64,000 nt of DNA, taken from positions 713,930,001 to 713,994,000 of the forward strand of contig NW_027362764.1 of the NCBI RefSeq assembly GCF_046119375.1. The letters run 5' to 3'. This document shows, one piece after another, positions 28,337 to 41,165 of the stretch (the first letter of the stretch is position 1; each line of letters begins with the position of its first letter). The position numbers and the translations under genes were made by a program. The notes beneath the pieces are model-generated. The model did no database searches. It saw only the letters and a program-made list of their open reading frames with translations, and was not told where the DNA came from. The stretch is from Phyllobates terribilis (lineage: Eukaryota).

Positions 28337-31300
28337 CTAACATCATTTCAAGATAAGTTCCTATTTTTGATTTGTTATGCTGTTATTTGACTGTTTTGTA
28401 TAATTGCTGTCTAGGGTTATTCAGGGATAGCCACCGTGGAGCGGGGGCGCCACAATGTCAACCTTAAGTAGGGTGCCAACCTCCGCTGTAAGGCAGGCTA
28501 GCCGTACTCAGGAGTTTCATCAGGGCCTGGGCAGTTATTTTCTGTATGCTGTATTTAACCTTATGATGGAGGATCTAACATTGGGGAACTTTTCCTTGAT
28601 ATACTTTATTATGTGCATTGTCACTTTATGTACGGTATGCACTCTTTTCTAGTACACTTCAAGGTCTGGTTTGGTATGGATAATAGACCCCAATATACCT
28701 TTCTATCCCTATTGGATCCAACCTTTATGGTAATTTTTTTTTCTTTTTTTTGGGGGGGGGGGGGGGGGGGTAAATACACGGACACAGCCAGCCTATTATT
28801 GGTGGTATACATACCAGCTAAGGTTGACGGGCTGGTAACCTCTGCTACGACAGGCCGGTATGGGCCGTAGATCCTTTGAATGAAATGCATCATTGTGGAC
28901 TACTCATTGTCATCATATCTTTTGTTGTAAAAGGTGATTATCTGTGATAATTCTACACCGTCTAGAAGTGTACTAATCGGTATCCATGACGGGTGTTAAA
29001 TCTGTCTGATTCCCTAAAACTGGTCAATTGTGATTAGTTAAAAATAAGACAAGGAAGGTTCAAGGGCCACTCTCCACCTTGGCTCATAGACAGTGGGTGG
29101 TGTAGAGCAGTAGGCCCTCCTGTACGGCCTCAACCCCTTTTAATATACACTGCTAGTGGTCTCATGAAGACCACCCCTTTTAAGTGTTTTCCCACCACTC
29201 ATATTGAGGACCTATGCAAGTCAACAAAACCCGCCGATTTTGGAGAGCTCGTCAACCAATGTGCATGGGGGTCTCCTGACTCTTCCCGACAAATGATAAA
29301 GAGCCGAGCACTGTGTATGAGAGATATAGGTGTCGGCTGACAGCAATCACAGGAGTATACGGGTCTGTAAGCATCAGATCAAAGGCAGCAGACTCCTGAC
29401 AAACCTCATGTTGCAGCACTGGCTGTTTACAAAGAGGACCCCCAGCGCACAAAGAGGACCCCCAGCTCTCCATCACCGTGTTTAGTGGCCTCTGCTGCAG
29501 ATCAGCTCCTATTTTGCCAATAAGGCTGCATTCACACACCTGTATATTGCAGTCAGAGTACGGACTGATGCACAGACTGGCCGTGGGTCTCCTGACTCGA
29601 ACTTATATGAGGCTGTCTGGTCGGTCCCAGTTTGTGCTCAGACTGCGACAAAGACGTGTGAATTTAGCCTTATAGGAAGGACATCTAGGGTGCATGGGAA
29701 CCTATTGGGAGGGAGCTGCAAGAAGCATCGAGAGCTGACAGCAGCTAAGCCGGACATTCACATTACATTCAGCAGTGAATGGAGAGGACTACAACTCTCA
29801 TCACTGCGGCTGGGGCACTGGTCGTAAAGGGGGATCAGGGGCCCCCCATTCTGGCGATAGATGAAAGTCCCAAAGGTGGCACTTGCATCTACTACACGTA
29901 TAGGATATGTCAGAAGAGTCTATTGTGACACAGCCCCTTACTGTCAGCTGAATGCGTTGCCCATGATGTGTCTGGGGACCTCAGAATCTTCACTGGGGAG
30001 ATAAGGGTTTGGGCATTTTGATTTCAACATGCTCGATCCTTTTATTCTGAGGAGACAATCCTCCGACAAATGAGTTTAGCAGCAGCTTGTTCTCCTCTTT
30101 GGGAACCGATCTTAATGTTAATCACCCTCTCTAACCCTCCCTGGGTCAGCACTGGACCTGGGGAGGGTTAGAAAAGAACAGTTTGTTTTTGATTTAAACA
30201 ATCTGCAGCCGAGGAACAAAGTTTTTTTTTCGGAACCAAAAAACCCATTAATGCAACGAGGCACTGATAAGCCACAGATCTACCCTGTGTGTTTTTAGGA
30301 AACAGCGGTAGGAGGGCATAAACTCTAAAATACAAAAGATTGTTTTATTTGGAACAAGTGTGTCAAAACTGACCTGACAGCGAAAGGGTTAAGCTACGGT
30401 ATACGCAGCAGCGCCTATACATGAATGACCTTCCATATGGCAGCCATCCTGTATGTAGTGTCAGTTTTATGCTTTTCCAGATAGAAGAGGATAAATGCCA
30501 TAATCCTGGAGCAGCGACGTCGGCTGCGGACCCCCCTGTTCTACCCCCATCCCCCTAATAGCAGCTGTGACTAGCAGCAGCCCACACCGGCGCTGGGATT
30601 GGCCGGCGCCACCAGCTTTATATCCTAGGACTGGAATTTCAGGTTTGGACCGGCTCCTGGGATCTGCAGCTCCTTCTGCTGAGTGCGACTTTTCGGCCAC
30701 TATCTCGCCTCTTAACCCTTTCTGCTCAGTCTTCGTTTGCACATGAACAGTATGGGCTATGTATAGAGAAGCCAAGGGGCCGCTGTCCTGGATTCACCCA
30801 TCCTACGGCCAGTGCCAAGCCTACGCAGAGATGTAACCCGGAGGGGCAGTCACCCAGCTCTGCCAGGCCCCCGATCTGCTGCTACATTAGACAGTGGCGG
30901 ACAATGGTGGATGTCCCGTTCAGGATCTTGGAGAAGTTGGGTGAAGCCTTCCTTTAGCAATCACATCAGTGTAAGGCGCAATGTCCCTTTGTGTCGTATA
31001 TAAGGACGTCGCCCCCTTATGGCTGCACATAGCGCTGCTGCTACACAGGCCATGTTCTGTGTATGGAGGGAGAAGACTGACTGCACCATCGCTGCCCCTA
31101 TAGTTGTGCCATTACTTCACCAGCAAACCAAGCACTAGAAAAACATGGCTGCTTTCTTCCAGGAACAGCACCACACCTGTCTCTGGGTTGTGTCTAGTAT
31201 TGCAGCTTAGTCTCATTCAATAGAGCCAACCTGCAATACCAGATACAACCTGTGGACAGGAGTGGCGCTGCTCTCGGAAGAAAGCAGACATGTTTTTCAA

Positions 31301-32120
31301 TCTTTTAAATCCTTTTAGGCCGGAAAGACAAATGCAGGTATATTTATATATATAGTTTTTTAACCAAAGCTGGAAATCATTCAGAAGGAATGGCCACTTC
31401 TTCCACTTTGGCTCAAAAACATGTTAAACTGCTTGATCATTGCTTTCTCCTGAAAACAGCACCACCCCTGTCCTCAGGTTGTGCATAGTGTGGCAGCTCT
31501 GCCTCATTTTCTTTGATACAGCTAAGCCGCAGTACCACACGCAACCTTTGGACAAGTGTGGCGCTGTTTCGGGAAGCAATCAGCCATGCTGTCCTAATGG
31601 TGCAGCTGAGGTTACAGCCACCCGCAGGGAGACATTGGACACATCAGTTGGCTGGTCACTGTTTTGGCTGCACCCTAATACTGAATGACCCCTTAAAGAG
31701 CTCATTTTTGTATTGATTTGTCCAGCTGGGCTGACTCGTTTGATAGCAGATTACTGCGTTATCGTTACAGTCCGGGTACAGGGCGGCCGCCGTGCTCCGG
31801 ACCCCCAGCTCAAGCATATAAGAGGCTGGAGAGTCCAGCTCAGAAGCCCCGTGGCAGGTCTGCCCCGTAAGCTGGTCTTATGGTGTGAACACAGCCTATC
31901 TGGGTCCCTTCTCCATCTGAATGTCCAAAAACTGGTTTCCCAAAGCCAATGACTAAAAGAGCAGGCACAATAACGATGCAGTTTTCAAGAAAAGAAGGTA
32001 AAAATTTTATATTTAAGGCTCCTTTTGTCTCAATGAGGTCAATGGGAGACATCTGAATATGTGATGGAGCCCGGGGTGCGGAGTGAAGCCCCTCTACCAG
32101 GCCGCATTGATGCATGTAAT

Positions 32121-33513
32121 GGAGCTCGGGGTGAAGCCCCTCTACCAGGCCGCAGTGATGTCAGGTGTCATGTGATGGGGCTCGGGGTGAAGCCCCTCTT
32201 CCAGGCCGCAGTGATGTCAGGTGTCATGTGATGGAGCTCGGGGTGAAGCCCCTCTACCAGGCCGCAGTGATGTCAGGTGTCATGTGATGGGGCTCGGGGT
32301 GAAGCCCCTCTACCAGGCCGCAGTGATGTCAGGTGTCATGTGATGGAGCTCGGGGTGAAGCCCCTCTACCAGGCCGCAGTGATGTCAGGTGTCATGTGAT
32401 GGAGCTCGGGGTGAAGCCCCTCTACCAGGCCGCAGTGATGTCAGGTGTCATGTGATGGGGCTCGGGGTGAAGCCCCTCTTCCAGGCCACAGTGATGTCAG
32501 GTGTCATGTGATGGGGCTCGGGGTGAAGCCCCTCTTCCAGGCCACAGTGATGTCAGGTGTCATGTGATGGGGCTCGGGGTGAAGAACCTCTACCAGGCCG
32601 CAGTGATGTCAGGTGTCATGTGATGGAGCTCGGGGTGAAGCCCCTCTACCAGGCCGCAGTGATGTCAGGTGTCATGTGATGGGGCTCGGGGTGAAGCCCC
32701 TCTACCAGGCCGCAGTGATGTCAGGTGTCATGTGATGGAGCTCGGGGTGAAGCCCCTCTACCAGGCCGCAGTGATGTCAGGTGTCATGTGATGGGGCTCG
32801 GGGTGAAGCCCCTCTTCCAGGCCGCAGTGATGTCAGGTGTCATGTGATGGAGCTCGGGGTGAAGCCCCTCTACCAGGCCGCAGTGATGTCAGGTGTCATG
32901 TGATGGAGCGCGGGGTGAAGCCCCTCTTCCAGGTCACAGTGATGTCAGGTGTCATGTGATGGAGCTCGGGGTGAAGCCCCTCTTCCAGGCCACAGTGATG
33001 TCAGGCGTCATGTGATGGGGCTCGGGGTGAAGCCCCTCTTCCAGGCCACAGTGATGTCAGGCGTCATGTGATGGGGCTCGGGGTGAAGCCCCTCTTCCAG
33101 GTCACAGTGATGTCAGGTGTCATGTGATGGAGCTCGGGGTGAAGCCCCTCTTCCAGGCCACAGTGATGTCAGGCGTCATGTGATGGGGCTCGGGGTGAAG
33201 CCCCTCTTCCAGGCCGCAGTGATGTCAGGTGTCATGTGATGGAGCTCGGGGTGAAGCCCCTCTACCAGGCCGCAGTGATGTCAGGTGTCATGTGATGGGG
33301 CTCGGGGTGAAGCCCCTCTTCCAGGCCGCAGTGATGTCAGGTGTCATGTGATGGAGCTCGGGGTGAAGCCCCTCTTCCAGGCCACAGTGATGTCAGGTGT
33401 CATGTGATGGGGCTCGGGGTGAACCCCTCTTCCAGGCCACAGTGATGTCAGGTGTCATGTGATCTGGCTCGGGGTGAAGCCCCTCTTCCAGGCCGCAGTG
33501 ATGTCAGATGTCA
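32121..33513. repeat. 56-bp tandem array, about 25 copies, in FSBP intron 1
   Basis: Unit GGAGCTCGGGGTGAAGCCCCTCTACCAGGCCGCAGTGATGTCAGGTGTCATGTGAT; period measured as 56. Confidence 0.97.
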
Positions 33514-33599
33514 CTGCCAGATATTGGCTGCCATAGTCACGTGACAAGTGAACCAGCCAGGCGATCATGTGACCGATCCCTGCACTCAGGCTCCCTCTG

Positions 33600-34450
33600 G
33601 CGGGCCTCCCCAGCATTGCTGCGCACTTACTTGGAGGAGCCGTTGACGACGTTGCCGAACTGAGGGATGATGTCCAGCAGGCGCTTTGTGGCCTCGGTCA
33701 GGGTGCTGTCGGTGCCGGCCTTGCTCTGCAGCAGCAGCTCCTGCTTGCCGTGCTCCTTCAGCCGCTTGTAGAGGGTGCGCAGGCCCTGCGGGGTGCGCGG
33801 CGGCCTCCCGGGGCCCATGGCGTTGTACTTGTCGGCGATGATCTCCCAGCAGTTGTTCTTCTCGATGATGACGGAGTGCTTGTTGGTGTGCTCCTCCAGC
33901 ACGCCGATGTACGGCCGCACCAGCTCCAGCAGGTCCAGCTTTTCAAACACAGTGAAGTTACACGATCGCGCCTTCATGGCTAGGCCGCGCAGCACACACC
34001 GCAAAACACGCAGGCTTAACTAGGTTAGTCTCGCTCAGGCCTACGCCTACAGGGGAGGGTTTAGTAAGATTCCTCCGGCTTAAGCCGGCCCGGGTGCAGG
34101 CAGTCAGGCCTGGCCCCCATGTGGGCCCTGTGCCGGCTTGTGGCCCCTCTGCTCACACTCGGGTCACGGGCAGTCATTGCCCCCTGTCATTTATTAACTC
34201 AGGTGAGAAGCCAGCAGCCGGCGATGGAGACCTGCCCGCAGCGCCGCCCGGCGCACACTCCCTGCCGGGGCCCCGCCGCGCTGTGTGCAGGCTTTGCCTC
34301 ATTTGCATAATGCTACTCCTGCAGCCAATCAGACGCACGGACACTTAGGTCACGCCCAAGGCTCAGACTGCGCTGTAAGCTCGGCCTCGCCGGCTGTGCG
34401 TGCCCCGGGGCATTGTGGGGCGGGCATGGTCCTCACAACGGCCATACCAA
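33600..34450 (-). promoter_or_regulatory. CpG island / probable FSBP internal promoter, with octamer ATTTGCAT (34301-34308) and CCAAT (34325-34329)
   Basis: Dense CpG and GC content around the first FSBP coding exon; motifs read directly from the sequence. The transcription start is not known. Confidence 0.55.
33631..33977 (-). CDS. FSBP: FSBP coding exon 1, Myb/SANT-like DNA-binding domain ([17 protein letters not shown]...[12 protein letters not shown])
   Basis: Near-identical to recalled FSBP ([30 protein letters not shown]); donor AA|GTAAGT, phase 2; nested in RAD54B intron 3 as in mammals. Confidence 0.93.
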
Positions 34451-34784
34451 CCGAACACAGCAACGTACGGGAGGCTGGGCTGATAGCAGAGAACAACAGA
34501 GTAGGCACTATCAAATTAGCCCAATTCCTGTTATTATTTTATCTATTGCACCTATTATTTTTCGTCTTAACGTGGACTTATCGGAATAAGAACTTGTTAT
34601 TTGTGAGGCAAGTAGTAGTTTTATTTCAAGGGATTTTCCACTTTCAGGAAAGTGTGTAAAGTATGTAAAATAACATGCAGGTGGAAGCCTGGAACTCTAG
34701 CGCCACCTATTGGAAGTAATCCTACAAGTCACCATCGACTCTTGCCCCATAACTTTTAGGCTAAAAGCCAAACCAGACACTGGA

Positions 34785-34829
34785 TTTGCAGACACATGTT
34801 TTGGGGTGTTTGCCGCTCCTCAGTGCAAA
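34785..34829 (-). ncRNA. Degenerate hammerhead of the same family (GAAA changed to AAAA)
   Basis: Minus strand reads TTTGCA-CTGAGGA-GCGGcaaacaCCCC-AAAA-CATGTGT-C-TGCAAA, inside a repeat at about 34675-35240. Confidence 0.65.
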
Positions 34830-37130
34830 GCAACAGATCTGATTTGGCTGTATGAGGGGCTTCTGACTGTGGTCTAAGGGGGAACACTGCTCTACTTATG
34901 GAGAGTGACAAGTCAGTGTAAGGAGACTTACAGGCCATGCAATGTTCTTCTGGGATGGAAGAAGGAATAGTGCATGGCTTATAAGTCTCCTAACACTGGC
35001 ACGTCACTCTCCATAAGGAGAAATGTAACCCCTTATATGAGAGGCCTCTGACTGGGGTCGAAGGGTTAACGTTTCTTTTGGAGAGTGATCTACCGGTGGA
35101 ATTAGACTTATAGGCCATGCAATGTTCTTCTGGGAAGGAGGGAGGAGCATTGCAAGGCCTATAAGTCTCCTTACACTGAGTTGTCATTCTCTAAAAAAAG
35201 AAACATTACCCCTTAGACCCCAGTCAGACGCCTGCATACGACTTTAATAGTTTTAAATGAATTGCATTTTTTAGGGATACATATGACATAACCAAAGAAC
35301 AGCAATTCTGGCATATTAGTGTGTGGCAACATTCACTTAGCAGAATAAATAATGCCGCTTATTAAAAGTTCAAAAGACTTGTACGAATGTGTCGGGTTAC
35401 CAACTTGATTTTCTATTTTCTTTTTTCGGACAACTTATCAAAGACAATAATTTAATGACATATTAGAAAACTATAATAAATGATTGAGATTGGAAGTGAC
35501 GCATGGCTGCAGTCCGTACTACTGATATACCAAGGCAGCTGCCTTTACTGTCAACTGTAAAATGATGATAATAAGGCTTTGTTCACACATGTTTTTTTTA
35601 CGTCACAAATCTGCAGCAAAACTGATCTCTGGCAGGAAATCAGCTGCGTCAAAAACGCTGGTTTAGCTGCGTTTTTTTCCCACTGTCTTTCTGTCTCTAT
35701 TTATGCATGTACATAAAGATCCGTGAAAAAAAAAAGAGAACCCAATTCTATTTTGCCATCAAAACTGCTGAAAAAACGCGGATGCAAATTTTGGTGCTTT
35801 TTTTTTCACCACCCATTACTTCCTATGGGTGAAAAAACGCTGAAAGAAGTGACATGCTCTGTTTTCCAAAAACCCTACAAAAAAAGAAAAAATAACATGA
35901 TGTGTGAACAGAGAATTCTGGTTTCTCATAGACTTTGCTGGTACTGCAAAACGTAGCTGAAAATTTGTATAAAAATCTACAGCAAAAACCGCTGAAAAAC
36001 CCAACATGTGTGAACGTAGCCTTACAGTCACAATAACCTGTACAGGTTTCTTCAACATCAAAAAAAAAATTAAAAATAAATAATCAGACCCATCACATTT
36101 TCTTATTACAAAGAAAAAAAGCCGTATTTTTATGGATGGTCCTGGAATTTCTGGATGGTTGCCAACCCTAAAACGTAGGAATACCAATATATATTTATAT
36201 TTATTTAATGTACACTCTACATTTTTTTAATTCTCCTATGGGATTTCAACCTGGAATCAGGTGATCTCGGGTACAGTGCAGAGCAACCACGTCACAGTGA
36301 ACAATATGGTGACTTAGGGCGCATCTAAGAAATAGCAGTTGGGCGTCATGTGTGTTACACAGCCGGCACCCACTGTGCGCTCCGTGCCAAACACGAGCAC
36401 TGGACGTATACAGTGAACTCAGCACGGGCAACATGATGAAGAGCGGAGACATAAGTGTAGGTTAAAGTGGAGCTAGGGTGGTGTAAGGGGAGATCGATGG
36501 AAATGGAGGACTACAACATGGCGAGCTTATTGGGGTCCTGGCAGAGGATGAATGACCAAAAGGTGTTAGGAGGTTGGTCCAGAAGAGGTGGTAAGGGGTT
36601 TCCTCATCTTATAAAAGTAATGGCATAACACCATGGCATGCCATCAATTTATGGTCCTGGAGGTCCTACCCCCGATCCAGAGAATGAGGGGAGTGTGGCG
36701 CACTTTGCTCCCTTCTAAGTTTTACCGACACAGCGACCCTACTGACCACCTGACTGAAAATATTAGTGCCTTGGACATATTCTGAGTTGTAGTTTTATTC
36801 CTTTATTGTCCAAAGTGCATCATCTTAGCAATGTTGCGGCCAATAAACTGCCTTTTTCAGGGAACTGCACTTGTCCCATTACTGCAGGGTGCCATTTTGC
36901 AGAGGAAAAGCTGAATGGGGAGCAGCACTAGACCAGATCCATCACTGTCTTCTTTACTCTTGGACCCACATAGTCATAAAGTTATGGCGTACCTTAGTCC
37001 TGCGCCTTCACATTAGGAGATGGGTGCGGCTGACTTAATTACTCCACTTACCTGGGACTGCAGACACCCACCCTTCCCATATTGAAAATATACAGCAGAA
37101 ACAATTGTGCTGTGTTTGAAACCACTTTAA

Positions 37131-38211
37131 CCCCTTCACGACATATGACATATATTTACATCATATGTCCCTGACTTTGATGCTGGCTGCGACGTTGAGC
37201 CCACATCTTTCCCCGCACATGACAGCTGATTTAATCATATGCCTTTAACTGCCGTACGTGGGATTGGAGCGCCACCCACAGCTATTACCAGCTAAATTCT
37301 GCTGTCAATCACTGAAAGCGGGATTTAACACGCGCCGGCCAGAAGCGCAACATTCTGGCTGCTCATCAGTGCCTCGGTCACGTGATCACAGGGCGCTGAT
37401 GGGTTGTCATGACCGGTGCCTGTCATTACGATCCTCCTGTGAACGCTGGCTCGTGGCCGGCATTCATAGGAGATCATGAGTTAAGCTATACACAGCAGGG
37501 CTGAAGCACTGCTATGTAATGTACAGGGGATCGGATGATAGCTTCAGGTACCCTAAAGAGACTATTAATATTAAATAAACCAAAAAAAAAAAAAAAAAAA
37601 GTTTTAAAAAAAAATAGGAAAAAGAAAAAAAAAAAAAAAAACCCCAAGCATTCAAATCACCCACCTTTTGCCCCATTGAAAATAAAATAAAAAAAACCAT
37701 TTGGCATCGCTGCGTTCAGAAATGCTCAATCAAAATATAAAATCAGCTCAGGGCACAAAAAATAAGCCCTCACACAGCCCCAGATCCCGAAAAATGAAAA
37801 AACTACAGGTCTCGGGAAATGGCGACTAACGCAAAACTTTTTTTCTTACAAATTTCAGAAATTTTTTTCACAATGTAAACAAAAAATAAAGTATACAAGT
37901 TTGGTACCTGCGTACTCGCACTGACCTGGGGAATCATACTGTCAGGTCACTTTTACCATATAGTGAACATGATAAATTAAAAAAAATGACAATTGTGGAA
38001 TAGCACTTTTTTTTTGCAATTTCACCGCACTTGGAATTATTTTTTCCAGTTTTGCAGTACCTTATATGGTAAAATCAATGGTGTCGTTCAAAAGCCCTCA
38101 TATAGCTATATTGATGGAAAAATAAAAAATAAAAATAAAAAAGTTATGGCTCTGGGAAGAAGGGGAGACAAAAATGAAAAGGAAAAAAAAAAACAGAAAA
38201 TGGACCGGGGG
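37131..38211. mobile_element. Non-autonomous piggyBac-like element, TTAA-flanked
   Basis: TTAA + CCCCTT ... CCGGGGG + TTAA; related fragments near 44.6 kb and 46.5-47.3 kb. Confidence 0.7.
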
Positions 38212-39661
38212 TTAAGGTGGTTTCAAACACAGCACAATCATTTGGATTTTTGAGCATTTTCCTGTCGTTTTCTCTGAGGTCTGTCGTACACCACCAGTCA
38301 CAATAGATCACTATGGGCCAACATTGATCTCTGCCGACTCCGCTATATACACGGATGCTCAGTTCTGGTGACAGCTTATCCCCCGAGGAACAAAACGGAT
38401 AGAAAATCCAACATGCCAGATGCTTCTCTCCCCCAACACCATCTGTCGAGGAGAGTCAGGAGGTCTCCATACATATTAGACTGATCCAAATATCGGAGGA
38501 TTCGGCCGACGTCAGTGTATTGTGATTGTAGGACTTCAGCGCTCACACAGGCCTGAGATGCAGGAGCTCCAGAGTCCAGAGATTTTGACCTTGGAACATT
38601 CCCGCTCCTTACAGATATCTTATAAGCAGAGGACTATCTCATACAAAGCTGCAGTAAAACAAATGACCAACACCTTACATGATCAATAACCCTCTGTACT
38701 CAGGGTAGGTAGAGGTGGGACTCTCGGGGAATACTTTATTATAAACCTTTTACTGTCTCTTACAATACAGTGTTCCTGCATGACCAGACAGAGGGTGCAC
38801 ACTGGACCGTACAGTTCCCAAAACAAGCGTACAACATGTAACATATCTCCTTTACGGTCCATTGTACTCAGAAGGACATGTGCACGAGACATTACTGGCA
38901 ATGATGGCAGCCAGGGCATTCCCCATCTCTTAGATTGCACGCAGAACGGAAATATAGGATCAACCTAAAGACGCTAATAATTATTTTTTCTTTGCATCCC
39001 TGCTGACTATACTTTTTTTTTGTTTGTTTTCAGTGACTTAACATCTTGTGGCATTATATCTCTACTCCATTTTGGTTAACATAAAACTTCATATTTATCG
39101 TATTTTTTTGGACTAGAAGAGGCACATTTTACCAAGACAAAAATCTTGCTAAAAGGTGTGTACGTCTTATAGTCCAGAGGCAGCGTCCTGTTTGAGGAGA
39201 AAGCTGACATAGCGTCTTTTGCAATCATCGAGGGAAAAGTTCACTCTCCTCCTGCCGACACTGATCAGGCTGATCCGTGCAGGGCAGGAAGGACTGCAGA
39301 CTGCAGGGCCGAGCAGGGCAGGAAGGACTGTAGACTGCACGTCACCCATGCCTCAGGTCCTGAATAGCTGTGATCAGACACATGCCTGGAAGGAACTTCA
39401 AAATGTGCTAGTGTATACAGTGCACGCGTGTGTGCGTGCGTAGCAGTTATGTGTCATGTAGAAAATCTGGGTGTGAATATATGCACTGCAGAGTGTACAT
39501 AATGTGCGCACTGTAAAGCGTATGTGTATAATGCACATGCTGCAGAGAAATACTAACATCAGAACTATTCCATCCCTATTCTACCCTCATGCATTAAAAT
39601 TTGTGGTTTTGTCCCCTCCACATCTTTACACCAACTGGGGAGTTGTAATTAGTAAGAAATA

Positions 39662-41165
39662 CAGTTGAAACCAGAAGTTTACATACACTATATAAAAAGA
39701 TACATATACATGTTTTTCTCAATATCTGACATGAAATCAGAATAAACCTTTCACGTTTTAGGTCAATCAGGTTTACCATCATTTTTAATATTTGCCAAAT
39801 GCCAGAATAATGAGAGAGAGAGAATGTTTTAAAGGCATTTTTATTACTTACTGCAAAGTCAAAAGTTTACTATGCCTTTAACCAATTCTGGATTGCCCAT
39901 ATGATGGTGTCATGTGTGTGGAAGCTTCTGATCAGTTTTTTGGCAACATCTGAGTTTGAGGCACACCTGTGGATATATTTTAATCCACACGTGAAACACA
40001 CTGCTTCTTTGTGTAGCATCACGGGAAAGTCTAGAGAAATCAGCCAAGACATCAGGAAGAGAATTGTGGACTTGCACAAGTCTGGCTCATCCTTGGGTAC
40101 AATTTCAAGATACCTGAAGGTGCCTCGTTCATCTGTGCAAACAATTATACGCAACTACAAACAAGATGGGAATGTCCAGCCATCATACTGCTCAGGAAGG
40201 AGACGGGTTCTGTGTCCCAGAGATGAACGTGCTTTGGTCCGAAATGTGCATATCAACCCAAGGACAAAAGCAAAAGACCTTGTGAAGATGATGGCGGAAG
40301 CTGGTAAGATTGTGTCAATAACCACAGTGAAACGAGTCCTGTATCAACATGGGCTGAAGGGCCACTCTGCCAGGAAGAAGCCATTACTCCAAAAGAAACA
40401 TAAAAAAGCCAGATTAATGTTTGCAAATGCACACAGGAACAAACACCTTAATTTTTGGAGACATATCCTGTGGTCTTATGAAACTAAAATTGAACTTTTT
40501 GGGCATAATGACCATTGTTACGTTTGGAGGGAAAAGAGAGAAGCTTGGAAGCCTAAGAACACCATCCCAACAGTGAAACACGGGAGTGACAGCATCATGT
40601 TGTGGGGTTGTTTTGCTGCAGGAGGGACTGGTGCACTTCACAAAATAGATGGCATCATGAGAAAAGAAGATTATGTGGCAATACTGAAGCAACATCTCAA
40701 GACATCAGCCTGGAAGTTAAAGCTTGGGCATAAATGGGTCTTCCAAATGGACAATGACCAGAAGCATAATGCCAAAATGGTAACAAAGTGGCTTAAGGAT
40801 AACAAAGTCAGTGTTTTGGAGTGTCCATCACAAAGCCCTGATCTCAATCCAATTGAAAATTTATGGGCAAAGCTGAAAAGGCTGCGAGCAAGACGACCTA
40901 CAAACCTGGATCAGTTACACCAGTTTTGTCAGGAGGAATGCGCCCAAATTCCAACCAACTATTGTGAGAAGCTTGTGGGAGGATATCCCAAACATTTCAC
41001 CCAAGTCATTCAGTTTAAGGGCAATGGTACCAAATACTAATGAAACTGATGTAAACTTTTGACTTTGCACTAAGTAATAAAAATGCCTTAAAACATTCTC
41101 TCTATCTCATTATTCTGACATTTGGCAAATATTAAAAATTATGGTAATCCTAATTGACCTAAAAC
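39662..41165 (+). mobile_element. SB-like Tc1 copy 3; nearly full ORF, start codon ACG (40021), first catalytic D changed to Y, right TIR truncated
   Basis: ORF 39901-41040; WSYETK in place of WSDETK; the element ends abruptly after GACCTAAAAC. Confidence 0.92.

Noticed and set aside
28752-28770. Long G run as a functional G-quadruplex
   Set aside because: Simple homopolymer of uncertain length with no supporting context.
32121-33513. CRISPR-like regular repeat
   Set aside because: No unique spacers; contiguous eukaryotic minisatellite and no cas genes.
39901-41040. Apparently intact 379-aa transposase (active or domesticated)
   Set aside because: The true start is mutated to ACG, the first catalytic Asp is Tyr, several conserved residues are changed and the right TIR is truncated.
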